From Vicugna vicugna (lineage: Eukaryota): DNA of 64,000 bases. Numbering within the stretch: the stretch's first letter is position 1; every line of letters starts with the position of its first letter. Where the stretch lies: the NCBI GenBank assembly GCA_013265495.1, contig MU058456.1:124001-188000 (forward strand). The letters are read 5' to 3'. This document shows positions 46,840-61,127 of this stretch, in pieces. Made by a program: the position numbers and the translations under genes. The notes beneath the pieces were generated by a model that ran no database searches, was not told the DNA's origin, and saw only the letters and a program-made list of their open reading frames with translations.

Positions 46840-48300
46840 TCTGCAATATTTTAACTGCTGGAAAGTCAGCTGATAACCTTACGGGAGTTGCCCTGTGTGG
46901 TGTTTGTTGCTTTTCTCTTGCTGATTTTAATATTTTCTCCGTATCTTTAATTTTTGTCAGTTTGATAACTATGTGCCCCGGAGTATTCCTCTTTGGGTTA
47001 ATCCTGTGTGGGACTCTGGGCTTCTTGGACTTGAGTGACTGTTTGCGTTCCCAAGTTAGGGAAGTTTCAGCTATTATCTCTTCAAGTATTTTCTCAGGTC
47101 CTTTCTCGTCTCCGTTTGGGAACCTAAGTTGTTTATGACATTCCTTTACTATCTCTTAATATATGTAAGGTCTTTAGTGATAGCCTCTCTCATTTCTAAT
47201 ATTGTTAATTTACATCTTTCTTTTTTTATCCTGATGAGATTAGCTGGAGGTTTATCAATTTCATTTTCTCCAATAATCAGATTTTGTTTTCATCAGATTT
47301 TCTCTCTTTTTCTGCTTTTTATTTCACTGATTTCTACTCATTTCTTTCTTCTGCCTATTTTGGGTTTAGTTTTTTTTTTTTTTTCTGGTTTAAAGTGTAA
47401 GCTGACGAGACATTTTCCCCTGTCTTTTAAAAAGTATTATTTTATTGAAGTCTAGCAGATTTACAATGTTGTATTAGTTTCTAGTGTACAACGTAGTGAT
47501 TCAATTTTATATATATACTTTTTCATAGTCTTTTTCATTATAGGTTATTACAAGCCATTGGATATAGTTCCCTGTGCAATACAGTAGGACCTTATTTATC
47601 TATTTTGTATGAGACCATCTTTTCTTTTTTGTATCCTGTTCATATTCTTGAGCTTTATTCTGAGATGCACTTAAGTTACTTGGGAACTGTTAGGGAGGAC
47701 CAGATGAGCCATTTATCTAGGGCTAATGTTACCGTACTACTGAAGTGATACTCTTCTGGGTACTTGATGCTCTATGAATTATGCTCCCCTACAACCCCAC
47801 CCTGGCCCATGGGAACACAATTTCCAGCCTCTTTAAACTTTGGAGATTCTTCCCTTTGATCCTTTCTGATGTTATTTTCTGAGCCTCAGGGTAGTTTCTT
47901 TACAAGCATATGCTGATCATTACTCAAGTGAAGACTCAAACATCCCAGTGTCCAAATCCTGAGCTTTTCCTCTGGGCAGCATTTTCATCCACACTCTGCT
48001 CTGTGGTCTGTGGCTGCCTTGCCCTCAGAGGACTGCCAACATCATCTCAACTCAGACCACTGGGTTTTGCCTTGGTTTCCCCTTCTGCTTCAGCCTATTA
48101 CACTTTTCCCAGGCTGTAAGCTGGGGGCAATCACAGGGCTCACCTCATTTGTTGGTCAGCGATCACTGGCCTGCACTGTCTGATGTCCAATATCTGAAAC
48201 CATTGTTATAAATGTTTATTTTTTCCAGTGTTTCGTTGTTTCAAGTGAGATGATAAACATGTTTCTGTGATCCCATCATAGGCAAAAGTTGACATCTGCT
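46840..48300 (-). mobile_element. Mosaic of antisense L1 fragments
   Basis: aagtcagctgataaccttacgggagttgccctgtg...ccaagttagggaagtttcagctattat (L1 ORF1 region) and ttattgaagtctagcagatttacaatgttgtattagtttc (L1 3' end). Confidence 0.7.
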
Positions 48301-49589
48301 GTAATATTTTTTAACCTACTTTTTGGGCTGCATACTTTTTGCTGATAATGTATATTATTCTACCAAAAAAAAAAAAAAAACTTGACCAGAGTCTTGGAAA
48401 TGACTGGTGCAAGTGATGGGTCTTGAATTTAATCCATCTTTTTTAAGAAAACAGGAAGGACAAGATCTGGCAAGACGGAGGCTTCAGTCTAGCCTGATGA
48501 GACTATTTCTTAAGTGCAGTGCAAACAGTGACAACTACTGAAGGAGGTAGTGTTTATAGGACTGATTTCTTGATCATAAAAATTCATTTGCTTAAAAATT
48601 CAGGAAAGGCATTCAAGCCAGAAGCTTGGACCCAATGGATCTACCTCTGCCTCCAGGGTCAGGCAGCCTGGTCCAGGTGACTCAGGAGCAGATTGAGGTG
48701 GGGGCTGTCTATCCAACAGGTTGCACACCTGCCTGGAAGAGGTCTCACTTTATAGTACCACACCAGCTGAATCTATGTTGCATTCCCTTATCATTTTTGT
48801 TCTGACTTCTAGCTTCTACTAATTACATGGTACGAGAGCAAGCTAACACCAGAAATTTGAATGGAGGTTAAACTAAGAAACACCCTAATCAGGATAGTGT
48901 GATTATAGAACAAATCACAGAACTAACAATTTAAACTAAACCATTTAATTAAACCACAGCGAGCAAGTTAGACTGTTGTCCTGTGTAGAGTAGGGTGATG
49001 TAAGGACAAATAGAATTTTGAAATTATTTAGCCAGTCTCTATGCTCCCTGGGTCCACAGGCATGTAGGCTCTTCATCAGTTCTTAAGAACAATGATGATA
49101 AATGATAAGAAATTAATAATAAAACATAAGTCTATTCTTTAACTGTTTTCTCTGAAATAGGAGAGGCATCTGACAGCCTCTCAAAGTATGAAATCCAGGG
49201 AGGTGGGAGTGGGGCAGCTCTGAGCCTCTTTGGTGCTTTTGTGGGAGTTAGGAGAAGGTGCTGCCTCCGGGTGATGCAACCTCATGGATGTTTGGCTTGG
49301 CAAATGGATCTCAGTTCGGAGTTCAGGCTCCCTTGTCTCCTTGACTGGGCATCTTTGTGCAATAAATTGACTACACGGTTGTTTGTGGGCCGCCAGTGGC
49401 AGGAGGCTGCTTCAACAATCTTCCCTCCAGCCGCGGCCTCTGGTTGGCCTGTTTCGTAGGTGGAGGGACTGAGAGATCGGTGAGATGTTTCTGGCTTATA
49501 AAAGGATGAAAGCCTAACCATGAAATCCTGACCCAATATAAACCTACTGCAGAGGAGTAAGAATAAAATGCCCACAGAATAAGGAATAA

Positions 49590-49780
49590 AATGTCCTTTT
49601 TAGAGCTTGGAAGGATTTTGGAAATGATCGAGTTCTCCCTTTTAGCTCTTTAACAGACGAGGAACCTGAGAGTTCAAAGAGGAAGAAAGCAGTCCCAGGT
49701 CTCACCGCTCCTAAGTAGCAGCGTCTGGACAGGGCCTGAATACTGGGATTCCAGGCTGTGTTCTTTCCACAACCTACTGC
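49590..49780. mobile_element. MIR SINE
   Basis: tagagcttggaaggattttggaaatgatc...ttaacagacgaggaacctgagagttcaaagagg...cccaggtctcac. Confidence 0.7.
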
Positions 49781-51199
49781 CTGACCATAAGCAATTTCCT
49801 TTCAGTATTTAACTACCATTTTTATAAATTAAAAATTGGATAGGTTTTTTTTTTCTCAAAATGCAAAAGTCCGGATAAAAGGAGAACTTCTTATTCAATA
49901 ATTACAGGACTTCCAAGCATCATCATTTATAGTACTTGAAAAAATACAATTTTCATTTCCATGGAATCATGGCTTCTGGCAGTAATAACTCCATTACTCT
50001 TGATGAACCAACTGAGACATCCGAGGTAATGCAATTTGTGTTCAAAGATATCCTAAAAAGGCTGACGTAACTTCATTATCAGTACATGACTTTAAAAAGT
50101 AGTTTATCTAGGAAAACAAATAATGAGTGCATCTTCTAACATCACTCTAATAAGATTTTCTGTTCTTCCAGGCCAGGTGGCAAAAGTTTAATGAGCAATT
50201 TAATTGCTTGCTGAATGAAATATGTCTCATTTTTTGCTCCAAAGGTTGGGGTAACATTGGTTCAGATGAAGTGTTAGAGTTTTGGTTAGAGTATTTTACC
50301 TCAAGGACTAAAATCTACCTTAGAAATCATCTGCAGGTCCTCCAAACCCTATATTATGCCTAACTTCACTCTCTCTAATTACTAATCATAAAATCCACAA
50401 ACTTCAGAGCTAGATTTCATTTTAGAAATTATGTATTATCTGTTTACTACTACTCTATCTAGTCATCCTTGAAGCTCTAGAGAATAAAAACATTTTAAAA
50501 ATGTTATTTGAAAAAATGTGTATTTTAAAGTGTGTTTTCATCACTTCACTTTGAATGTAGGTAATACATTCACATGTTTCAAAATCCAAAGGTGACAAAA
50601 GCATCTCAGAGGCAAACAGTGTAATTAGTTTCTTATGCATCTTTTGGGAGATATTTATATGCAAGCAAATTAATTCACATCTTCTCCCCTTTTTATACAA
50701 TTAGTTGCTTACCATACACAGGGCTCTGAACTTTGCTTTTTTCACTTAATAACAGAATAAAAATTTTCTCCACCTCGTTTCTGTCATGGACCGAAGGTGA
50801 AGGAATGTTCCTCATTAGGAAAGCATCCAAGTTTTCCTAGACACCAGGAATGGGTGGACTCCAGGAGTGACTGGGTGAGCGGGGCTGTGCCCCAGGTCAG
50901 GACAGGGAGCTCACAGGGGCAAGGATTTTAAAATCCAAGAGGACTGACTTAGTTTGCAGAAAGTTCCAAGGAGAAGGTGGGACTTGGTTCTTAAAGGATC
51001 TGGGGAGAGATCACGCCTTCCTGGTCTTCCTCCCCAACACGTGATGGAGGCCACCGGGAAGGGAGGACCTTTGATCTTCCCTCAGAGCAGACTAGCCACT
51101 TTTTTCTCAGGAATTCGGATTCAGGCACTCTCCGGTGAGCTCTGAGTTGGGGGCACTTTACCTATTTTAAGACTTCAAATCCTTTATTTCTGGGTTTGA

Positions 51200-52290
51200 A
51201 AAAATAAAGGTGGGTGGAGAGACGAGGTATTTCGCGGGGTTAAGTGGCTAGTGTAAACGAAGGCAGCAGGAGCTGCTTCTGGAATTTTCCACGTTTCTCC
51301 TGAGTTCTCTAACCCGAATTGTCTCCTAAAAGTCCATCTTGCAGGCGCGGGATGACTGCGCAGCTAGTTCCTCTTCAGAAGAGGTTAAGCAAGTGAGGTC
51401 AAAACCACAGAGATTCTCACTTAAATAGAAAGAAGCAAGGATCCTTTGTTTCTTTTATGCTGAAGAGCTCTGAACCCAGCCTACCTTCTGCAAGCCTGCG
51501 CGCGCGCGCCCTCGCTGCTGAGGGGCTCTTCTGGGGTGGAGCGCAGCTCATGGGCTGAGACTGAGCGGAGCGCTGCAAATTGGTTTCAGCTGACGGCGCG
51601 TGTTAGTGGAGGCCGCGCTCCTGCTATCTGTCTTGCTATTTTTTTTTCCCCCATTTTCTTTCTGAATTCATCTCTTGAGCTTGGGGCCTTAAAAATAACA
51701 AGCTTTTAAAATGACTGAGTGGGCTCTCAGGCTCCGCAGACCCAGCCTCCCCCGCTTCACGATCTAAGCAGGGCTCTGGGTCCTAGTTTTCCAGACCGAG
51801 TCCCTCGGAACCGGAACCGGAACCGGAACCGGCAGGGAGCCCTCAGCTAGGGGAGGAGGGACTACAGGGTCAGAGGGCAAGAAAGGGGTGGACAGAGTGT
51901 GGGTCAGAGGTGTGGGGAGCTGCTCGCAAATAATGGCTCCATCCTAAAGGACTCTTGCGCAATCTTCGGCTTGTACTAAAGTTTGAAATTGGTGAGCAAA
52001 GGCCTGTTGGTGATGGAAGCCCTCCATTGCCCTCGACCAGGGCAACTGCAGGAACCTGCCAGGCTCTTAGGCCGGCCTGGCCTTGCAAGAAGGATCTGTC
52101 TTCCTCAAGATCTTTGTCTCTAGAGCAGAACCAGAGCCCGAGTGGAGCGCAGCCCAAGCGCGGCGCACGCTGGAAGAACTAAGGCCCAGGTGGCTGCGTG
52201 ACCTGGGAGCAGCGTGTCTCCACTGCACCCAGCTCATCTCCTTCTCACAGCGAATCTACCGTGTCCCAAGACACCAGCTCGAGGTACAAA
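51200..52290. promoter_or_regulatory. Orphan CpG-enriched promoter/enhancer-like block
   Basis: Local GC/CpG enrichment, tgcgcgcgcgcgc (51497-51509), tandem (CGGAAC)n at 51806-51832; no coding exon recognised nearby. Confidence 0.55.
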
Positions 52291-52990
52291 AAGTCACAAT
52301 TCCTTTCCTTTATGATGTACAGTTTTGCAATGCATATATAACATATATACAATACATATGTATGTTTTTATTACAAATGTCAAAGTATTTTACACAACAT
52401 CAAAGTGTTCAAGTTATAAAGTGAAAGTCCTGTCTCTCTGTAAGTCACTTTTGAGAGTTTGGATGCAGCCTCCTAGATCTTATTCGATATGCATACAAAG
52501 ATCATGTAATTATCACCCGGAGCCCCCATCTGATGGGCTGGGAAAAGTTCATTCCACCCCCACCTCTCCTCCAGTGTTAAGCTTTGTGGGTCTGATGAGG
52601 TCACAGGCTTGCAGAGAAAACACTGAACCGTGATTGTTTCACGAGGGCCCCTGTTCTCTGTTGCTGTCATTGTTGGTTCTCAGGGTAAAGAGGTGAGACC
52701 CGCTTCCTTCCAGTGCTCTGCTCTCCCCTCTTCTCCCACAGCAAGAACCTGTCCTCTGTCCTCTGGCTCCCTAGGGATACAAACTCAGACATGAGCCCTT
52801 AGGGCTGGGGGGACCTGCCCCACCACCCGACCACCACAGTCCACCCTGCACGCTGCCACTAGGCTCCTCATTCTAACTCACATCTCTGATTATGCCTCTC
52901 TCCTTAAAACGTTCACTGTCCCTGCCACTGTCTAAGCCATACAGTCCCAACCTGGTACTCTGGCTTTCGAGGCCCTCCGTGATCTGGCCC

Positions 52991-53415
52991 TGTGGTGGAT
53001 TGTGCTAACTGTGGTTTTTAACCTCCCCTTTTATCTCCTCCCCATTCTCCTTCTTCTGGTTTCCTATCCTGTTCTATGGCAAGAGGGCGTATAATCCAGG
53101 CCTGGTCAACCATTGCACCCCATTTACCAGGGCCCAGTGATTGGCCCAGTAACAGCCCCGTGTTTCAGACAAGGCCATTGACTAATCTGCCGAAGGTTAT
53201 GTTCCATAACTACCTGGAGGATGTGGGCCTGCAGAGGGAGTAAGTGAGGCCCATGGTGAGCAGCTGAGGGAAGGGGAGGAAGAGAGGAATGGAGAATAGT
53301 TTGTAGTGTTTGGATACAGCCATGCCGGAGGCTGGCACCATCTCTGGCTGGGCCAGCTATCAGAAGCTCCTTTTTTGACTCAGCTAATTTGAATTGGATT
53401 TTAATTACTTCCATT
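52991..53415. mobile_element. ERVL-type solo LTR (LTR16/33-like) within L2 fragments
   Basis: tgtggtggattgtg start, ggcccagtgattggccc, and end agctaatttgaattggattttaattactt; L2-like flanks. Confidence 0.45.
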
Positions 53416-53676
53416 GGAAGAATCCTTCATGCCTAATGCAGGACCCCATCATCTATCTTTCGAACCTATGTTCCTTTCTTTTCCTTTGAGTATAGATTCT
53501 GTGCTCCAGTCAAACTCTGCTCCCTACTAGTTGGCCCCCTTTCCTGCCCTGCCTTCTCTGCTTGGAATACCAGGAGCATCTCCTCCCCTCCAATCCCATT
53601 TCTACGAGTCCAAGTTCCACTTCTCCCTGAAGGCTCAACACAGTGGCCCTCCTCCATGCAAAGTTCCCTCTGACAC

Positions 53677-54033
53677 TGTCTTAGTCTGTATACACTGCTA
53701 TAATCAAACACCACGGACTGGGTCGCTTACAAACAACAGAAATTCACTGCTCACAGTTCTGGAGGCTGGAAGACCAAGGTCAAGGCGTCAGCATGGTCTG
53801 GGGAAGGCCTTTTTCATGGTTCATAACTGGTGCCTTTTCACTGGGTCCTCACATGACAGGCAGGGTGAACAAGCTCTCTGGGGACCCTTTTATAAGGGCA
53901 CTAATCCCATTCAGGAGAACTCCACCCTCATGACTTAAGTACCCCCCAAAGGCCCACCTCCTAAGACCATCATCTTTGTGGGGGCAGGATTTCAACATAA
54001 TGAATTTTTGGGAGACACGGGCAGACCGTAGCA
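53677..54033 (-). mobile_element. MLT1A-like MaLR solo LTR
   Basis: tgtcttagtc...aaacaacagaaattcactgctcacagttctggaggctggaagaccaaggtcaagg...ttataagggcactaatcccattc...ccgtagca with TG...CA ends. Confidence 0.88.
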
Positions 54034-54639
54034 GATGTTATAATCAAATGGTTGGATACTGTTTCTTTCCCTGCACACTGCAGCTCAGCCCCAAACATTC
54101 CAAGGTAACAAGGACTTCGTGGTGCACAGGGGGAGAGCTGTGGCCATTTAGGAGGCTGCCCACACAGCCCCGAGTCAAGACAAGCATCACACCATTTATC
54201 ATAGAAATTGATTTTTCTCCAGCATGTATTACTAAGGTATATCCATCTTACTTTGAACTTGAAATGTGCTGCAGCACAAAAATCACAAGAAGCACTCAGC
54301 AGCAAGGTCAGTCGAAGGTACTGATGCTCAGACACATAAATTGTTTCATTCTGATCTCAGCGTGGATCAAGAATGGCTCTACTGTTCGCATGAAACCCTC
54401 CCACTATCTCAGCCTTTTCTTGCGTGTTATTTGGGAGGAGGCTTAAGAGCCATTTATTGGCCTGTCCTTTCAGGTTTATGGGTTGAACCCAATTTCAAAA
54501 TAAACCAATCTAGCCCAATTTTGTCAGCTGTAGAACTGGAGGATCAAAGTAGAAGCAGATTACTCAGGTCCTTCTAGCTCAGATTCTAGGACCCAGAAGG
54601 TGCTTAAGGATAGATTCAACCCCGTAAGTCTAACCACTG

Positions 54640-54830
54640 TCAATAAAACAAGTGTGGAAATCACACTGGCACACTGAGTCTATTTCCTCTTTTGTCAAGT
54701 GGGGGATAATATTATCTCCCTCACCAGGTTTTGCATAAGAATCAGAAATGATGCTTGTAAAGTACTTAGTGCTAGATCTGGTAGTCGGTAGATACTTAGT
54801 AGATGGTTGCTGCTATTATTATTAACATTA
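54640..54830. mobile_element. MIR SINE
   Basis: tttcctcttttgtcaagtgggggataatatt...gcttgtaaagtacttag...gctattattatt. Confidence 0.65.
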
Positions 54831-55089
54831 CCAGTTACAGTTTACAACAAGAACCCTCAAGTCGTTATAAACCACATGCGAAGGGGACGCTGTGGAAGGA
54901 AGTGAGAATGACTTCGTGAAGGCTTCGTGGACTTAGAAGGAAGGAAAGAAGAGTGAAGTTGGGTTTGGTAGGTGAAGGTGGGGACAGGCCTTGTGGTCAC
55001 AGGACATGCTCTGGTCTGGAGGACACTCTCTGCTCCCCATTCGTACCCAGAGAATGAACGTCTTCCCCGCTGTTAAGTTCTTATTCTAA

Positions 55090-56310
55090 CATCACCAGCA
55101 CATAGCTCCCTTTGCCCTCTTCTGTCTATGCTATAGTGATCTTATAACATCGACATACCGCAAACCCCATCGGACAATAATTTTTGTTTTCAATTGCGAT
55201 GCACTTGTTAAATAGCTCAAGAGGAGAATAATAATCCATTACATTAGAAGATATTTACCATTTTTGTTTCTCTTCCTTTGTTCCTGAAGATCCAGGTTTC
55301 CTTCTCGTGCTACTTCCCCACTGCCTGAAGAACTTCCTTCAGTGCTTCTTTTACAGCAGGTCTGCCAACCATCAGTTTTCTTAGTTTTTCTTCATCTGAG
55401 GATGTCTTCCACCTGGAGGGCTATTATCCTGTTCGTAGAAGTCGCCCTTCTTTTAGAAGGTGATTGACCCATTGGGATACAGGCTGCAAGTTCTTAACCA
55501 GCTTTTTCTGGGCTGTGGTTTCAAGATCAGTTTGTTTTCAAAGTCTTTGCAGTGCTATTCAGACCTATCCCAGGAGAGTGCCACCAGGCTGACACTTGGG
55601 TGGTGGTTTACCTCTGAGTTCAGCTCCCAAAGTTGTTGTGCTGGTTAGGATTATGTTCCTACATGTGCCGCTTGTTAGTGAGCCCAGGGGTTTATTTACA
55701 ACTTTGTGGGACTGATTTTCCAAGCTCCTTTCTCTCTGTGATGTCTTGATACATTCAGGTCCCTGGGGAGTCTTCTTTTTGGTACTTTCCCCAGAAAGCT
55801 GTCGCTTTATATATTCTGCTCTGCCATGTACTCTAACTGCTGGAAGGACAGAGAGAGGAAAAAAGCAATGGGGTTTGCCCCAGTCTTTTGGGAAGACAGC
55901 TCCTCTGATCAGAGAAGACAGTTCCCCTCCCTCAGAGTTTCAGGCATCTGTGGGCCCCTTTTGCTGGTACTGTCACTACCAGGAGACCTGTTTCCTGGCC
56001 TGGAGCCCGAGCTGGAGGGTTTCTGCCTGAGCTGTCTATCTGTGTGGAAGCCTCCTCGTGGCTCCTCCCCCTACTCACCCCCGTAACTCCCGCATCCAAG
56101 CAAGGGTACACTGGAATTAAAAAATGGTAAGCCCTCCACTGGTTCAGGGCTGCTGCAAATGCTGATCTTCCGCAGTCCTTTGGCTGCTTTATTTTTAGAA
56201 TCCTTAAGTGCTGCTCCTTGTGTTCTGTCCAGATTTTATAACTGCATTTAGCGGGGGAGAGACGGGATAGACCTGCTAACTTTCCATTTTCCCCTGAACT
56301 GGAACCCTAC
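55090..56310 (-). mobile_element. Degenerate L1 5'/internal fragments
   Basis: ctgcctgaagaacttccttcagtgcttcttttacagcaggtctgcc...ttcttagtttttcttcatctgag is typical of antisense L1M. Confidence 0.5.
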
Positions 56311-57215
56311 TGCTCAGAAATAAACATGTTCATATTTTGCTGTCTTTTCTTCCAATATGTATTTTTCGTGAACACACACACAACTGGAATCACATCCTAT
56401 GTGGTTTAGTAGTTTACTTTCTCAAAATCATTGTGAGAATTTCCACAAATACTATTAAAATATGAGTAAAATATTTAAAATCTGATTTAAAAGTATTACA
56501 CATTTATTGTTGAAATGTTGAGAAGGTAGAAAATCATAAACAATAAAGCAAAAAGTATGGATAGTCCCACCACCCAGAAATAACTCAACATTTTGATGTA
56601 TACTTTTCCAATCATCTAAGCATTTTATGTATATAAATTACTGTGCATACTACTTTGAAGCTTGCTTTTTAACTTGATGCATTGTGAATATTTTCCATAC
56701 TATTTAATAATCGTCTACAGCACATTTTAAAAGGCTACATTGTAATCCATCACATGAATAGGCCAGAATATATCAGAATATTTTTAAATAACCAGAGATT
56801 ATTGTAAATTTAAGTTGCTCATGATTTTTCTTTTTGCAAGGAAATTTAATCAGCATTCTTAGCATTCAGAGAACTGACTCTTTGTACAGCTCTACTTTTA
56901 GTCTTATGATACATTGGAGCATACAATTGTAGGGACAAAGACATTTTATACTTATTTCCAGTTTCCTTTGAAAAAGATTGTACCTATTTAAATAGGTGCA
57001 TACCCTTGCACTTATGCCAAATTAGGTATCATTTAAAATATATGTTTTAATTGGATAGATTAACATAGGCCATTAAAAATTTTATTTACTATTTTGTGTA
57101 TACTATTGAAAATATTTATGATTAGGTAATATTTCACATGCGGCTGGAGCATACTCTTGTTGTGGAATTTTTTTGTGCTATTTTACATAATTCTATCACA
57201 ATTCATGCCTCTGTC

Positions 57216-57278
57216 TTTATCTACTATCGTCTGTCTATCTACCTTTCTATCTATCTACCTACCTACCTACCTACCTAT
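57216..57278 (+). repeat. (TCTA)n/(CCTA)n tetranucleotide microsatellite
   Basis: tctatctatctacctacctacctacctacctatcc read directly. Confidence 0.85.
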
Positions 57279-58774
57279 CCAGCATACTTTTCCACAATTC
57301 CATTTCTTTACTATAGATTTATAGAATAGGGCCACTGGGTCAAAGATCATTAACTTTTTTCTTTTTGCAAATATATATATGTATATATAACTTGTGCATC
57401 AAGACTTTGAAGAAACAGGTATACTTTCTCCATAATCTTTTCCCTTTCTGCTGGGAGAATGCAACTGATCATGAGGCCCTAGGGGATGTGAGGAACCACA
57501 GGATGGAAGGAGACTGGATCCCTTAATCACTACCTGGAGGAGAGCCCCCTGTGGACTGGAACACAGGGTTATGCTCTGACATGGATAGGATGCACTGTTG
57601 GGTTAAGACACTGAACTTTGGTGATTTATTCTTCAGAAACAATCATTGTTAATATTTTGGTGCATCTTTATCTCAGTTTTTTCCCTATGCATTATTTCTC
57701 CTTAGTTTAGATCAGAGGATTTTTTTTAAGGCAATTGGTATGCATTTCCTTATTTCCCTTATCAAACTATAAAGTTCTTGAGATTTGATGTTTTAATGTC
57801 CTTGAGCACCATAATATCTTGATACATATTTGTTGAATGACTTCTAAGTCCAGTGCTCAGAATATTTTATTTACCAAAATTTATTTGAAATTTGACACAG
57901 TTTGGTCCTGCCTTAGTAAATCCTTCTTGGGTTAGTTTACTGTCAGAACCATAGATTTGTTTTCCCAGTCCTTCCAAGTTGTCTTTCAAAGGCTTGTCTT
58001 TGATCACATAATTTTATGACACTTCTTTTCAGAGTCAGGATTACTATGCAGTGTTCTGTGTTCATCTGACTTCTCAGCCACAGGCCAATCTCTGCTCTGG
58101 TCCAGTCCCCATTCATTTGTTCACTTAGTCATTCATCAGATATTTGTCAACACGTACTGTGTGCTGATACAGCGAGGCCATGGTGGCTGATGCAGGGTAG
58201 GTGAGGGGAGGTCAGGAGGGGTGTTGGGGGCAGTGTGGTGAAGAACAGGAGTGAAAGAGGAAAGAGAGGAGTGACGTGACCTGACTTAAGTTTTGTAAGG
58301 GTCATGCTGACCGCCGTGTTGAGAGCAGAAGGAGACTGGCAGGAAGAAAATCAGAGGACCAGATAGGGGGCTATTTCAAAATCTAGAAGAGATGACAGTG
58401 GCTTGGATCAGAATGGTAGCAGTGGCTGTAGGAAGAGAAGTAAGAATTTAGATACATTTGGAATATGGAACTGATAGGACTTCCTGATAGACTGGTTGTG
58501 GTCATGGGTGGTGAGGGAAAGTCTCCACAGTTTGGATAGAGAGAGCTTTCTAAAATGCAACTGACCTAAACCCTGCAGTAGCTCCTTCTCATTCTCCATG
58601 GACATGTGTCAAACAAAATTCAACTTTAATTAAAACACACTGGGCTCTCCATGGCTGGTCTCCTCTCACATCCTTTTGCATTTTGTACACGAGCCATAAC
58701 ACCTCACCATCCGTCCCCACACCTCTACATTCAGCTCATGCATTTTTTAATTTCCTGAAAGACTTTTCCAATTC

Positions 58775-59737
58775 TTTTTTTAAATTGAAGTGTACTTTGT
58801 TTACAGTGTTGTGTTAATTCCTGGTGTATAGCATAGTGATTCAGTTGTACATATATATATTTTTTCCTATTCTTTTTCATTATAGGCTATTATAGTTAGT
58901 TCCCTGTCCTCTACAGTAGGACTTTGTTGTTCATTCATTTTTTATATAGTAGTCAGTATCTGCAAATCCCAAACTCCCAGTTCATCTCTCCATCCCTCCT
59001 TCCCACCCACCCCCAACCCTGGTAACCACAAGTTTGTTTTCTATGTCTAGGAGTCTGTTTCTATTTTGTAAATAAGTTCATTTGTGTCTTTTTTTTTATT
59101 AGGTGCACATAGAAGTGATATCATATGGTATTTTTCTTTCTCTTTCTGGCTTACTTCACTTAGAATGATGATCTCCAGGTCCATCCATGTTGTTGTAAAT
59201 GGCATTATTTTATTCTTTTTAATGGCTGAGTAGTATTCCATTGTATATGTATATACCACAACTTCTTTATCCATTCATCTGTCAATGGACATTTAGGTTG
59301 CTTCCATGTCTTGGCTATTGTAAATAGTGCTTCTATAAACATTGGGGTGCATGTATCTTTTTGAATTAGAGTTTCCTCTGGATATATGCCCAGGAGTGGG
59401 GTTGTTAAATCATATAGTAAATCTATTTTTAGTTTTTTAAGGAATCTTCATACTGTTCTCCCTAGTGGCTGCACCAAATTACATTCCTATCCACAGTGTA
59501 GGAGGGTTTCCTTTTCTCCAAACCGTCTCTAGCATGTATTATTTGTGGACTTTTTAATGATGGCTGTTCTGCTTGGTGTGAGGTGTAGTTCTGATTGTAG
59601 TTTTGATTTGCATTTCTCTGATAATTAGTGATACTGAGCATTTTTTCATTTGCCTATTGGCAATTTGTATGTCTTCACTGGAGAAATGTTTGTTCAGGTC
59701 TTCTGCCCATTTTTTTTGATTGGGTTTTTTTTTTTTT
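58775..59737 (-). mobile_element. L1 3' portion, antisense
   Basis: ORF2 remnants [43 protein letters not shown] (59047..59274 -) and [26 protein letters not shown]. Confidence 0.92.
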
Positions 59738-61127
59738 GATGTTCCAGCACAGTGATCATTCTCATTCATAACACTTACACACTCACTCATAATGGCCTCA
59801 CATAGGTCTTCCTTCCACACTGAGCTTCTCAAGGCCAGGGATTGTATCTTAATAATCACTGTCTGCCCACCCCTGCCCCAGCACAGTTTCTAGCCCACAG
59901 CTGACGGTCAGGGCACACTGATTGGGTAAATGAATAGAGATTCAAGAAGCAGAGTGCACAACTGCTATGTGCTGTTGGGACTCCATCACCTTAGGAAAAG
60001 TGAAAGAGGACTGGACTCCTGAGACATCTGCATGGCGGTGTTTCTATTTCTTTCCTGTTTCCTTTTCATGCATTGGCATATGTTTGTTCCATTAAACAAA
60101 CCTGCTCAGTTTCAACTTGGTCCCAGTTACAGCCCTTGGTAAACATAGCTATAGCTGGATGGAGGAAGAATATGTTTTCCTATAGCAGTACATGGAAGCT
60201 AGGAGAACTTGGCATCTTTGAGGTTAGCTGGGTGTTAAGGAGGCTTGATCATGCTGTCTGCTTGGAACATCAGATCTCCCAGGAGGATTACAGGTGAGGA
60301 TAGCAGGCCTCCTAATAATGGTCCTTCCTTTGCTGTGTGGGTTGTCATGGTACTGTTCAGGAGGTGGGCAGGACTGCCAGCGGGGTACTTGGAAGTTGCT
60401 GTGACTTTGGCTTATAAAAAAAATCGGGCAATCCCTGTCTATTTGGGTTAGGGTTTAGCTGGGCATTGGTTGGCTTACATGTTGTGGGACAAAAATGAGG
60501 TCAAATTCATCTCCCAAGATTCTACTTGCAAAAGGTTTCCAATTTTATTTACTGTCTCCTCGGATTCTGTTAAGAATGTCTCCAAGGAGAATGAGTCCCT
60601 GTGGCCGAAAAGCAAATAAATCAGTGTTGTGCTTCTACAGTGGGTTGTATCTGTCCAGAAAAGGTACGGTATTTGATTTTCCACCTTGAAAATTACTGTT
60701 TCCCATCATGTTCTCTCTGTGTTCATTTGATTATTGTAAGTGATTTTTGTAGACAGCCGTGTCCTAGTTTGCTGTAGTTAGTAAGTCAAATTTGTTATCA
60801 ACCTACCTTGGTAGAGACACACTCAAACATTACACTGGTCAAAATCATATGAATTTTAAGACCCCTGTAGGGCAAACTGTGGCACATTTAAAAATTCTTG
60901 AACAAAGTCTGGATAAATAGAATGATAAATGTTTCCAGCTGTTATAACAATGCAATGATTTATATTAATAATCTGCCTAATCTATCTGTCTGTCTGGTCT
61001 ATGTATTCTCATATCACATATATGTGTGTATATATATAAATGTTATATATTTATATAAAATATAGTTACATAAAATATAAATATATAAAAATATTTACAT
61101 ATGAAATATGAAATATATGTACATTTT

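Noticed and set aside
53531..54577. Overlapping 103-156 aa ORFs
   Set aside because: They overlap the MLT1 LTR and its flanks, with no recognisable domain or splice structure.
59047..59859. ORFs with L1 ORF2 C-terminal similarity (also 30532 and 36931)
   Set aside because: Fragmentary, frameshifted L1 remnants, not host genes.
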